A DNA stretch of 64,000 nt from NCBI GenBank assembly GCA_965199825.1, contig OZ241329.1:1736556-1800555 (forward strand). Reading direction: 5' to 3'. The position numbers and the translations under genes were made by a program. Shown here in pieces: positions 23,749-32,996 of the stretch. Source of the stretch: Bdellovibrionales bacterium (lineage in GTDB: Bacteria > Bdellovibrionota > Bdellovibrionia > Bdellovibrionales > UBA1609). Position 1 is the first letter of the stretch; each line of letters begins with the position of its first letter. Below the pieces are notes generated by a model, which was not told the DNA's origin, did not search any database, and saw only the letters and a list, made by a program, of their open reading frames with translations.

Positions 23749-24936
23749 TTGAATTCGAGGTTGTTGTTGAGATTTCGATTACTATTTTTATTGATATTGA
23801 ATGCAGCATGTTCCTCGAACTTAAAATCAATGTCTTTGCCTAATGTGACTTCGTCCTCCGTTCGAATTTTAAATCCAGCTTTGAATTCGGTATGCGTTTC
23901 ATCGGTTGTGGTGGAAGGCGAATGTGTTTCTGGAATTACGGTTCACCTTGAAGGCAGTGGAATTGCGGTGCCTGTCGCAGTTGATTGTGTGGGTGGACTT
24001 TTTTCTCAGCAACTTTCATTTACTGCAGGGCTTGGTGCGAAGGTTGTTACGGTTTCACAGACTGACAGTTCGCAAAATATCTCTACCGACAGTCGCATTT
24101 TGATAAGCGGAAATTTGCTCACAACCAGCGATACCAATTTAAAAAATGGAAGTGCGGTGACTCAAAACTATTACGCACCGGGCACCTCATCTGGTGTTTC
24201 GCTTGTAGGGCAGGCCGGTAACCCTCAAGGGTTGTGGGTTTTATTTCCGGATCCATGGGGACTGACTGCTGGAAGTGGCGCGATCACCCAAACTTATTCG
24301 GGTTCAGGATCTGTGGTCATGAACATTAACTTAACGGGACTTAATAACACTCCGGTTAATGCTTATCCTTTTATTGGATTGGGCGGGGACGCCTTTGGAT
24401 ATCACAACGGAAATCAACCCCCACAATTTCCGGCGCGATTGAGTTCGATGGCCTCGTTAATTTTTGATGTGAGTTATTCCGTTATGGGATCTTATTTTAA
24501 TTTGGCCGATGCACTATTTGATCTTTGGTTGATTCCGAGTGCGGGCTATTCGGCAGGTCCATCGGGTGCTCTTGAAGTTGAAATCCTACCATTTTGTATC
24601 ACACCCGCTCGCGCAGGGACTTTTGTAAAAACCTTTGTCGTCCCCGCGATCGTAAATGGGAATGCAACGACTCTGAGTTTCGATGAGTATTCATCGGGAA
24701 GTGGTGCAGGAAATGATGTTTTATTTTATCCTACTGTGGCGAATGGTCTAAGCTCTGCACACATCCGTTTTGATGCTCTTTTATTTTTAAATGAGGCTGC
24801 ACGTACTGCCAATTTAGATCAGAGTTGGATGAATGCAGGATTTAATTTTGGAACCGAGTTTGGGCTATCAGCCACGCAGAATTACACATTTACGATTTCT
24901 CAACTTGGCATTGAGCAGATGATGATTGAGCCTTGA
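23749..24936 (+). CDS. Putative lipoprotein with an Ig-like N-terminal region and a GH12-like / concanavalin-like C-terminal domain
   Basis: TTG start. Signal peptide ending LNAAC (lipobox-like). The C-terminal half carries DLWL, LEVEIL and FGTEF, which resemble the GH12 motifs (YDxW, E-I/L-M-I-W, G-x-E). The family call is tentative. Confidence 0.55.
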   Translation: MNSRLLLRFRLLFLLILNAACSSNLKSMSLPNVTSSSVRILNPALNSVCVSSVVVEGECVSGITVHLEGSGIAVPVAVDCVGGLFSQQLSFTAGLGAKVVTVSQTDSSQNISTDSRILISGNLLTTSDTNLKNGSAVTQNYYAPGTSSGVSLVGQAGNPQGLWVLFPDPWGLTAGSGAITQTYSGSGSVVMNINLTGLNNTPVNAYPFIGLGGDAFGYHNGNQPPQFPARLSSMASLIFDVSYSVMGSYFNLADALFDLWLIPSAGYSAGPSGALEVEILPFCITPARAGTFVKTFVVPAIVNGNATTLSFDEYSSGSGAGNDVLFYPTVANGLSSAHIRFDALLFLNEAARTANLDQSWMNAGFNFGTEFGLSATQNYTFTISQLGIEQMMIEP

Positions 24937-24958
24937 ATAAGAATATCTACCGTTCGTT

Positions 24959-25492
24959 CTAGGGTAAGTAGCCTTTTGGAAGTTGCGTAGCTAGGTCTTT
25001 GCTACTCGTGAATTTTGCTTTATTTGAGGCGCAAATAAGATCTGTGTCTCCGGGAAAGTGTTTTGAAGGGAGATCGGCAAAGACAACACGGGCTTGATCT
25101 TTGGTTTCATCGAGCGAAATCATCATAAAAATTGTGAGACGACAGGTTCTTTGATCTTTAGTTACAAACTCTTTTTCGATCCACGCCAGCTTTCCGTTTT
25201 TATCTTTGTCATCATCAATTACAAAATGGTCGATGAGCTTGTTGGGAAAAAAATAGGTTATTGTTGTTCCAAAAGTTTGTCTTAATTTTTTTTCAATATT
25301 TTTTTGGATAGGTTCGGCTTTGGTATTTATCAATTTCAAAATCTGAGCTTGTACATCTACCTGAATCTTTGTGCTCTTGAATTCAGCCGCCTGAAGCGGA
25401 TTTTTTGCGGATCCAAAAATATGAGACGCTTGAGCAGCGCAACTCATGAAACATAAAGCTAAAACAAATTTGAACATGCCTTTAATGAGCAA
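24959..25492 (-). CDS. Hypothetical secreted protein (177 aa)
   Basis: Signal peptide MFKFVLALCFMSCAAQA. No recognised domain. Confidence 0.5.
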   Translation of the reverse strand: MLIKGMFKFVLALCFMSCAAQASHIFGSAKNPLQAAEFKSTKIQVDVQAQILKLINTKAEPIQKNIEKKLRQTFGTTITYFFPNKLIDHFVIDDDKDKNGKLAWIEKEFVTKDQRTCRLTIFMMISLDETKDQARVVFADLPSKHFPGDTDLICASNKAKFTSSKDLATQLPKGYLP

Positions 25493-25571
25493 TCAGAATG
25501 CCGAATTAAAAACACTCCAATGGGTTTTAAAGTGTTGATAAGTTGGATATTGGGCCGCAAAAGGGCTTTAG

Positions 25572-26591
25572 TTACTTAAGAGCTTCGCGCAAATAAGCTG
25601 AGGAAGCGTCCATAAGCCAAACCACAATGGCGATCACAAAGATGATGCAGCCGACTTCGGGCCACATGGCTTGGCCCTGATATTTGATCAACATCGTTCC
25701 AATGCCGCCGCCGCCTACGAGTCCGATAATGGTGGCCATCCGCACATTGATATCCCAGCGATAAATGGTGAATGAGATAAATGGCAAAACCACTTGGGGA
25801 ACGATGGCAAACCAAATCACCTGAAGGTTTGAGGCGCCGGTCGATAAAATTCCTTCGATGGGACCTTCTGAAACCGACTCAACCATTTCGGAATATTGTT
25901 TGGTGAGCGATGCGATCGAGTGAATCATCAGGGCGAGCATTCCGGCAAATGGGCCAATCCCCACCCAAACCGAAAAGATGATAGCCCAAATAAGAGGTTC
26001 GACAGATCTCACAATATTGAGGCCTGTTCTCAAAATCACATAGAGTGTGAAAGCCAGAGGATGGCGCATAATATTTTTTGCGCATAAAAAACTTAAGACG
26101 AATGCTAAAGGGATCGCAACAACGGTAGCTAAGAATGCGATAAAGATGGTCTCGAAGATATTTAGAACAGCGCGAGGCAAAATTTTGAAATTCGGATGAA
26201 TCAAACCTGAAAACAGCCGCATGGCTCCATCAAACCCATTGCGGTCGGCTAATTCTGAAAATGAAAAATCGGTCATCCTAAATGACAAAATTAAAAGCAG
26301 TGAAAAACAGACGAGAAGTTGCCAGGCCCAAAAGTTTTTAAAAAAAGGTTTTTGCTCTCGGTATCTCATCCGCTGTGGAGATTCAAAAAGCAGTCCCCCA
26401 AGAGTGAGTTTTGAATATCTAAAAAAAAGTTCGCTTAGCAAACATCCAGGAATAAAAAAACCGGCAAAGAGAAGGCAATTTCGTGAAAGCGCTAAGAGAT
26501 CTTCTTCACTAGGTTGAAACGCCCATAAGATAAGAACTAATGCGATGAAAGCAAAGCTCGTCCCGTCAAAAAGAAGTCGCTTAACTAACAT
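25572..26591 (-). CDS. phnE: Phosphonate/phosphite-type ABC transporter permease
   Basis: Conserved VEPLIWAIIFSVWVGIGPFAGMLALMIHSIASLTKQYSEMVE region. The start was taken at ATG 26591 (MLVKRLLF), which overlaps the phnC stop by 11 nt. It carries about 100 extra N-terminal residues with TM helices. Confidence 0.85.
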   Translation of the reverse strand: MLVKRLLFDGTSFAFIALVLILWAFQPSEEDLLALSRNCLLFAGFFIPGCLLSELFFRYSKLTLGGLLFESPQRMRYREQKPFFKNFWAWQLLVCFSLLLILSFRMTDFSFSELADRNGFDGAMRLFSGLIHPNFKILPRAVLNIFETIFIAFLATVVAIPLAFVLSFLCAKNIMRHPLAFTLYVILRTGLNIVRSVEPLIWAIIFSVWVGIGPFAGMLALMIHSIASLTKQYSEMVESVSEGPIEGILSTGASNLQVIWFAIVPQVVLPFISFTIYRWDINVRMATIIGLVGGGGIGTMLIKYQGQAMWPEVGCIIFVIAIVVWLMDASSAYLREALK

Positions 26592-27351
26592 GAACTTCCT
26601 TGGCGCCCTCGCCGTATATTTTTCTAAACCATTCTTCATTGATCTCGGAGGGAGACCCTTCAAAAACGATAGAACCGGCTTTTAGCGCAATCACACGGGT
26701 GGCGTATTGCCGAACCAAACTTAAAAAGTGGAGGTTCGCAATGATTGTAATTCCGAGTTTTTCATTTACCTTTTTTAAATAATCCATGACCGCATGGCAG
26801 GTTGCAGGATCCAGACTGGCGACGGGCTCATCAGCCAAAAGCATTTGTGGGTTCTGCATTAAAGCCCGAGCAATTGCGACACGCTGTTGCTGACCACCCG
26901 AAAGTTGATCAGCACGAAGGCGCGCTTTATCCCCAATTCCTACAAGATTAAGATATTCCATCGCTTCGGAACGATCGCTTTTAGAAAACGATCCAAACAT
27001 AGATCTTAAACTCGAAACATTGGCTAAGCGTCCCATGAGAACATTACTTAAAACAGAATGACGTGGGATCAAATTGAAGTGTTGAAAAATCATGGCCACT
27101 TGTTGGCGCAGACTGCGAACTTCGCGGCCGCGCACTTTTGAGATGTCCTTGCCATTGATTTCAACTCTTCCACTGGAGGGATCGTGGAGCCGATTCAAGC
27201 AGCGAAGAAGTGTCGATTTGCCAGAACCTGAGAGGCCTATTACAACCAAGAATTCGCCTTTTTTTACTTCAAACGAGACATCTTTGAGTGCGTGAACACC
27301 ATTACTATAAATCTTGTTTAGATCTGAAACCTTGAGTTGGAGCGAACTCAT
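26581..27351 (-). CDS. phnC: Phosphonate ABC transporter ATP-binding protein
   Basis: GLSGSGKSTLLRCLNRL Walker A, LSGGQQQRVAIARAL signature, LLADEPVASLD Walker B. PhnC-typical N-terminus. Confidence 0.9.
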   Translation of the reverse strand: MSSLQLKVSDLNKIYSNGVHALKDVSFEVKKGEFLVVIGLSGSGKSTLLRCLNRLHDPSSGRVEINGKDISKVRGREVRSLRQQVAMIFQHFNLIPRHSVLSNVLMGRLANVSSLRSMFGSFSKSDRSEAMEYLNLVGIGDKARLRADQLSGGQQQRVAIARALMQNPQMLLADEPVASLDPATCHAVMDYLKKVNEKLGITIIANLHFLSLVRQYATRVIALKAGSIVFEGSPSEINEEWFRKIYGEGAKEVHVS

Positions 27352-28253
27352 TTGACCAACTCAGAAGCTGACTTTCCAAGCGACACTAGAATTTCTCGAA
27401 CTTTATCATAATCCGAGTCGTTCGCAATTTTGAGATCAGACACGCCGTAAAGTTGATCAAAGGCTATCTTGCCCTCAGGCGTTTTAATGTAAGCCACTAA
27501 AGAATCGACAATTTTATTTTGCATTTCTTGGGGAAAATCTTTGCGAACAAGAATGGGGTCATTAGGCAGTGGATCGGTGAGTTCTATAATTTTTATTTTT
27601 TGCTCGACGTCTGGGTATTGGGTTTTAACAAGCATTCTAGAATCTTGAATTTTGCCCTCAAATGGAGGTGTGTAAAACGCGGCGCCTGCATCGACCTGCC
27701 CTTGATAAATCATCGAGACGACTCCATCGTGGCGCATTGCAAACGTATCTTGTTTGGTTTTTATCCCTCGATCTCGAAGCATCTTGAGCGGCAGAAGATA
27801 ACCTGATGCTGAAGCTGAATCGACGTAGGCAATCCGTTTTCCATTGAGATCTTTTAAGGTTTTAATCGGGCCGTCAGCTCGAGCCAAAAATTCACCTTTG
27901 TAGGTGGAAAGACCGTGACGAACCACCGTCAAAATGGCGCGTGCACCGTATTTTTCATGGGCAAGGATATAACCAAAAGTGTTTAGTGCTGCAATGTCTG
28001 CCCGATTTGTTCCGAGAGCCTCAACAACAGCGACGTAGCTTGTTGGAATTGAAACTTTGTAATGAAGACCCGTGGTCTTTTCGAGATAAGCTTTGATGAC
28101 CTTTGAGTTGTCCTCAATTGCTTTCACGTCCACCGATGGGACAAAAAACATTTTGACTGGATTACTCTCAGAGCCAAGCTCTGCTTTTTGCTGAGTACAA
28201 CCCGCAAAAATCCAGCAAAGGACTAAAATGAACAGGCAGTTTTTTTGTTTCAT
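27348..28253 (-). CDS. phnD: Phosphonate/phosphite ABC transporter substrate-binding lipoprotein
   Basis: Start taken at MKQKNCLFILVLCWIFAGC (lipobox). PhnD-like PTSYVAVVEALGTNRADIAALNTFGY. 4-nt overlap with phnC. Confidence 0.85.
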   Translation of the reverse strand: MKQKNCLFILVLCWIFAGCTQQKAELGSESNPVKMFFVPSVDVKAIEDNSKVIKAYLEKTTGLHYKVSIPTSYVAVVEALGTNRADIAALNTFGYILAHEKYGARAILTVVRHGLSTYKGEFLARADGPIKTLKDLNGKRIAYVDSASASGYLLPLKMLRDRGIKTKQDTFAMRHDGVVSMIYQGQVDAGAAFYTPPFEGKIQDSRMLVKTQYPDVEQKIKIIELTDPLPNDPILVRKDFPQEMQNKIVDSLVAYIKTPEGKIAFDQLYGVSDLKIANDSDYDKVREILVSLGKSASELVK

Positions 28254-28292
28254 CGCGTGCAAGGTAACAAAAGAGTTTAGCGCGGCCAAGCT

Positions 28293-28796
28293 TTACTGGC
28301 CGATTGCTCGCATAAAAGCAGCCACGGTTCTTTCTTCTATAGAATCTGCATTTCTCAAAATAAGAGTTCGGCCAAGTTCCCACACAAGATTGCCGGTTTT
28401 GTTGTCGTAAATGTCATATTGAACGATTACCGCATCGCTGTCCGTGTCGGTCCAGCTGACTAAAAGGATCTCCATGCGATGCCCACCTTGAGACTTTTTG
28501 TCGATGGGCGCATGAAGGGTAGGAAGCCAGCCCAGAACTTGAGGGTTTCCTCCAACGACCTTAATCTCTGAGAGGTCATAAAATGCGGGCGGTACGCTCT
28601 TTGATTTTTTGAGCGTGTTTAAATCTCGAATCCATAAAGATTCAAATTTTTGTTCTGGGGTTTGTTGGTGAAAATGGATCCAGTTCCAAACCAAAAATCC
28701 AAAGGCCGAGGTCGAAATGAGGAGGAGGAGCAAAGCGAATGTTCTCATAAGTTGGGTGAAAGAATGACACAAGCGGTTAGGTCTGGCACTTACCAT
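28293..28796 (-). CDS. Hypothetical membrane-anchored protein (167 aa)
   Basis: N-terminal hydrophobic helix (FALLLLLISTSAFGFLVWNW). No recognised domain. It lies upstream of and co-directional with phnD. Confidence 0.5.
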   Translation of the reverse strand: MVSARPNRLCHSFTQLMRTFALLLLLISTSAFGFLVWNWIHFHQQTPEQKFESLWIRDLNTLKKSKSVPPAFYDLSEIKVVGGNPQVLGWLPTLHAPIDKKSQGGHRMEILLVSWTDTDSDAVIVQYDIYDNKTGNLVWELGRTLILRNADSIEERTVAAFMRAIGQ

Positions 28797-28818
28797 TTTG
28801 CTTTGTCAGCGTTGAATC

Positions 28819-29820
28819 ATGAAAGTTCTAGTTTTAATGCATGAAGATTTAGTGCCCGAATCGGGCGCAAACCCCAAGGAGTGTCAAACCGAACGGGACG
28901 TGATCGAGGGTTTAAAGGTCGGGGGTCATGAGGTTTCGACCTTGGGAGTTGGGCGATCGTTAGGGGCAGTGCGCCAGGCACTTTTTAATTTTAAACCTCA
29001 CGTGGTTTTTAATTTATTAGAAGAATTCGCGGGCAATGCCCGGTTTGAATCTCATGTGGTTTCTTATTTAGAGATGAAAAATGTGGCCTACACGGGATGC
29101 AACGCTCGAGGACTTCAACTTGCCAAAGATAAAGCAATCGCCAATGCGATTTTACAACATCACAAAATTTTAACCCCACAATTTGAGGTTTTTCCGCGTG
29201 GAAGAAAATTTTTAAAACTTCCACCCCATCTAAAGTTTCCACTTATTGTTAAGGCATTAAGTGAGGAGGCCTCAAAAGGTTTAACCACACAGAGTGTTGT
29301 TACCAACACAGCTGCATTAAAAAAACAAATTGAACGTATGCACGAGCAAGTTGGAGCCGATGCCTTAGTCGAAGAGTACATCGATGGGAGAGAGCTTTAC
29401 TTTAGTTTGATTGGAAACAATCGGCTCAAGACTTTACCTGTTTGGGAATTGCAATTTGGAAGTTTGCCCAAAAGGTGGCCCCGAGTCGCTACCGAAAAAT
29501 TAAAGTGGAATAAAGAATTTCAAAAAAAATATATTATTGATTCCGGTGAAGCGATTGATTTGTCTCATCGTCAGATTGAAGCAATGAAACAGATTTCAAA
29601 AAAGGCCTACGAAATTTTGGGCTTGAGTGGCTATGCTCGTATGGACTTAAGAATGAATCCGGATGGCCAAATCTATTTTCTTGAAGCAAATCCCAATCCC
29701 AATATCAGTGCGGATGAAGATTTCGCGCAAGCCGCTTCAACCGGAGGGTATGACTACCCTCAGCTGCTCGATACTATAGTTCGTTTAGGAGTTCGGTGGA
29801 CGAAAGATTCAAATTACTAA
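28819..29820 (+). CDS. ATP-grasp enzyme, D-alanine--D-alanine ligase-like family
   Basis: Ddl-like layout: MKVLVL..., PLIVKALSEEASKG, EEYIDGRELY, ARMDLRMNPDGQIYFLEANPNP. The substrate is unknown. Confidence 0.8.
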   Translation: MKVLVLMHEDLVPESGANPKECQTERDVIEGLKVGGHEVSTLGVGRSLGAVRQALFNFKPHVVFNLLEEFAGNARFESHVVSYLEMKNVAYTGCNARGLQLAKDKAIANAILQHHKILTPQFEVFPRGRKFLKLPPHLKFPLIVKALSEEASKGLTTQSVVTNTAALKKQIERMHEQVGADALVEEYIDGRELYFSLIGNNRLKTLPVWELQFGSLPKRWPRVATEKLKWNKEFQKKYIIDSGEAIDLSHRQIEAMKQISKKAYEILGLSGYARMDLRMNPDGQIYFLEANPNPNISADEDFAQAASTGGYDYPQLLDTIVRLGVRWTKDSNY

Positions 29821-31570
29821 TTGCAAATGCAGAGTTGATCAGTCCGACATGTGAGTAGGCTTGTGGAAAATTGCCTGAGCGAATTCGGCTCTTAGGTTCG
29901 TAATGTTCCGAAAATAATCCAATGCTGCTTGCCGAAGGTAAAAGATTTTTTAGCACAACCAAGGCATGCTCATTTTCACCCACAGCCGCAAGTGCCTGCA
30001 CCAGCCAAAATCCACAAATCAAAAATGCAGATTGAGGTGTTCCAAAATCATCGCGTCGTAAGTAGCGATATAAAAAACCGTAAGAGGCAGGCTCATTGGA
30101 AACTTGGAGTTCATGCTGAATGGCGTGAATTGTTTTTTCGCATAAAGATCGATTTGGAAAGTTGAGAACGGGCAGCAAAAGCAGGCACGCATCGAGGGTA
30201 TGATCGGTTGGACCGTTTTGTAGAACCCCATCCACTACCGCGTTCATTACCGCTTTTTCGGCCTTCCGTTTTTCTTGTCCAATATCAAGACTTAGATCTC
30301 TTAAATATCCTTTTGACTGAAGTCGCTCACCACATTCGAGTCCTGCCCAACACAGGAGATTAGAAAATGTGTGCTCGCGCCATCCGCCACGTATTTCCCA
30401 AAGCCCTGCATCGGGCTCGGATAAATGGAGCGCGCAGCACTGAATTAACACTCCAATCAATCTTTCGGCTTCGGGAGTTCGGTATTCGGCAAAACGTTCT
30501 TCGAAGAAAATTGGACACAAAGATAAAATAGCTTCGCCGTAAACATCATTTTGAATGTGTTCTGAGGCTTGGTTGCGCGTTCGAACCGGACGACTTCCTT
30601 GATAGCCCTCCCAATTTTCATGAATCAACTCGGCCAACGGAATAGTGCAATCCACCGTATAGAGCGGCTTCAGACCATGTTCTAAGATGTCTGCCGACGC
30701 TACGAGCTTTAAAAGATAATTGAGATACCCAGCGATCTCTTCGGTCTGACCCAAATTTTGGAGAGCTGACAAAACAAAATAAGAATCGCGAATCCAACAA
30801 AATCTATAATCCCAATTGCGTGTGGCGCCGATTTCTTCGGGCAAACTGGTTGTCAATGCCGCAAGGATTGCTCCTGTATTTTCAAAACAGTGAAGCTTGA
30901 GTGCAAGGGCTGAGCGAATCGTTTCCTCGCGTAATTTCTTAGGCAGTTTACAGCCTCGCACCCACTCTTCCCAGTACTCGCGGGTCTTTTTTAAGAGCTC
31001 ATCGCCTTGGGCATAGATTTCACCAGTCATTGCTGTGCCATGTGAAAATCCAAAGATCCAAGATTGATCAAGCTCAACCTCTTCATGATTTAAGAGTCGA
31101 GCAAGAGGCGCATTGCTCTGAAGAGTGAGTCCTTCGTTTTCAAAAACAAATTTTGCTTCATGTTCTTTGATCGACACCGGTGTTAATGGCGTTTTTTCCC
31201 AACCATGAACGGGTTGAAATCGCATCGTGAGCTTGGGATTGCCTTTGAGGCGTTCGATCTTACGAATGACCGTGGCGGGTCGATAGTTCACCCCATCTTT
31301 TTTAAATCTCGGGCAAAAATCCAGAATCCGAAATTGACTGCCATCTCGCAAGCTGAAGTGAGTCGATAAAATATTGGTGTTGTGAATATAAGACTGAAAA
31401 CATTGGAATGGTCCAGAAGGGAGGAGACTCCAAGTCCCGCCAGCTCGATCAAGGATGCATCCAAAAACTGGCGAACTGTCTGGTTGAGGAATACACAACC
31501 ATTCGATTGCGCCTGCATGAGAGATCAGGGCCGAGACTTGGCAATTGCCGATCAAACCATAATTATACAT
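29774..31570 (-). CDS. Glycoside hydrolase family 15 (glucoamylase/trehalase-like)
   Basis: N-terminal YGLIGNCQVSALISHAGAIEWLCIP. Catalytic-domain motif NWDYRFCWIRDSYF. 598 aa. Confidence 0.88.
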   Translation of the reverse strand: MYNYGLIGNCQVSALISHAGAIEWLCIPQPDSSPVFGCILDRAGGTWSLLPSGPFQCFQSYIHNTNILSTHFSLRDGSQFRILDFCPRFKKDGVNYRPATVIRKIERLKGNPKLTMRFQPVHGWEKTPLTPVSIKEHEAKFVFENEGLTLQSNAPLARLLNHEEVELDQSWIFGFSHGTAMTGEIYAQGDELLKKTREYWEEWVRGCKLPKKLREETIRSALALKLHCFENTGAILAALTTSLPEEIGATRNWDYRFCWIRDSYFVLSALQNLGQTEEIAGYLNYLLKLVASADILEHGLKPLYTVDCTIPLAELIHENWEGYQGSRPVRTRNQASEHIQNDVYGEAILSLCPIFFEERFAEYRTPEAERLIGVLIQCCALHLSEPDAGLWEIRGGWREHTFSNLLCWAGLECGERLQSKGYLRDLSLDIGQEKRKAEKAVMNAVVDGVLQNGPTDHTLDACLLLLPVLNFPNRSLCEKTIHAIQHELQVSNEPASYGFLYRYLRRDDFGTPQSAFLICGFWLVQALAAVGENEHALVVLKNLLPSASSIGLFSEHYEPKSRIRSGNFPQAYSHVGLINSAFAISNLNLSSTELLNEL

Positions 31571-32996
31571 TCATTCCCTGACTTGCGAGAGGTGAAGCGA
31601 TTTCTTCTAAAGATTTTTTTTCTGCATCGATTCCATAAACGAATTCGATTGTCGCAGCAACAAACATCAGAATTGCCACAGCAAAATAGCCATAACAAAT
31701 GAGTTCGCGCTGGGCAGTGGAGATCAAAACACTAAAAATATAAGGCGCTAAAACTCCACCTACACCTGTGCCTAACGCGAAAAAGATGGCAATAGCTAAC
31801 CCGCGAGTTTCTAGAGGAAATATTTCGCTCACAGTCAAATAGGCCGAACTTGCGGCGGCGGATCCAAAGAAAAATATAATGGTCCAAAGAAGTGTTTGAG
31901 TTTGGGCAGTGAGATAGCCCTGCATAAAAAGATAACCGGTTATAAGTAGAAGCAATGCCGAGATGGCGTATGTTCCACCTATCATGATGCGTCTGCCGAC
32001 CGAATCAAAAAATGGTCCCAAAACAAAAGGACCAATTAAATTTCCTAAAGCAAAAGGAAATAAAAACAGCCCAGTCTCACTTGGATCAATATTATAAAAA
32101 GTTGTTAAGACGAGAGCGTAGGTGAAAAAAATCGAATTATAAAGAAAAGCCTGGGCAATGATCAATGCCAAGCTCACGACCGAATGCCTTCGGTACCTGG
32201 TCCACAAAATAGTCACCAAATCTTTAAGTGGTAAGCAGGGACTAATATTCATTCGAAGAAGAGGAATTTCTTTTGAAAGTTGAATGCCTTGTTGTTGTTC
32301 AATTTGTCTTTCGATTGTCGAAACAATTTGTTCGGCTTCTTGTGATCTGCCGTGAACAACAAGCCACCGTGGGCTTTCGGGCACAAATCGTCTAAGAAAT
32401 AAAACCATCACACTCATCAGTGCGCCAATACCAAATCCCACTCGCCAACCCACATCAGGCGAAAAATAATTGGGATCCAATATAATAAATGTCGAGAGCG
32501 AAGCCAAAGCAGCCCCCAACCAATAAGAGGCGTTTACCATAAGGCCCACGCGGCCGCGCACCCGGGCAGGTATAAGTTCATCCACCGCAGAATTAATTGC
32601 GGTATACTCGCCGCCAATTCCTAAACCGGTTAAAAAACGAAAAAAACAAAAGCTGGTGAGATTCCACGAGAAGGCACTGGCAATTGCACCCACCAAATAA
32701 ATCCCGAGAGTCACATAAAACATTTTTTTTCGACCGTAGCGGTCGGTGAGAAATCCAAATACCAGCGCTCCAATGACGGTGCCCAGCATATAAAATGAAA
32801 TGATAAGACCGATATTTTCGGTGGTTAAACCGAGCGATAAAGGATGTTGGAGCATACTGCTCACAGCACTTTTAAGAGCGACTTCAAGCCCATCCAAAAT
32901 CCAAGTCACTCCTAAAACAATAACCACAAACCAATGAAACCGACTCCAGGGCAGTCGATCTAGTCGCGCAGGAATATTTGTGGTTATGATGCTCAA
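31563..32996 (-). CDS. MFS transporter (metabolite/sugar:H+ symporter type)
   Basis: 12 TM helices. LDRLPWSRFHW N-terminus. GFLTDRYGRKK (MFS motif A). 8-nt overlap with the GH15 gene. Confidence 0.88.
   Translation of the reverse strand: MSIITTNIPARLDRLPWSRFHWFVVIVLGVTWILDGLEVALKSAVSSMLQHPLSLGLTTENIGLIISFYMLGTVIGALVFGFLTDRYGRKKMFYVTLGIYLVGAIASAFSWNLTSFCFFRFLTGLGIGGEYTAINSAVDELIPARVRGRVGLMVNASYWLGAALASLSTFIILDPNYFSPDVGWRVGFGIGALMSVMVLFLRRFVPESPRWLVVHGRSQEAEQIVSTIERQIEQQQGIQLSKEIPLLRMNISPCLPLKDLVTILWTRYRRHSVVSLALIIAQAFLYNSIFFTYALVLTTFYNIDPSETGLFLFPFALGNLIGPFVLGPFFDSVGRRIMIGGTYAISALLLLITGYLFMQGYLTAQTQTLLWTIIFFFGSAAASSAYLTVSEIFPLETRGLAIAIFFALGTGVGGVLAPYIFSVLISTAQRELICYGYFAVAILMFVAATIEFVYGIDAEKKSLEEIASPLASQGMNV

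Noticed and set aside
25508-25536. I considered a weak hairpin (AACACT...AGTGTT, 14-nt loop) downstream of phnE as a terminator.
   Set aside because: The stem is only 6 bp, the loop is large and the U tract is poor. This is too weak to call.
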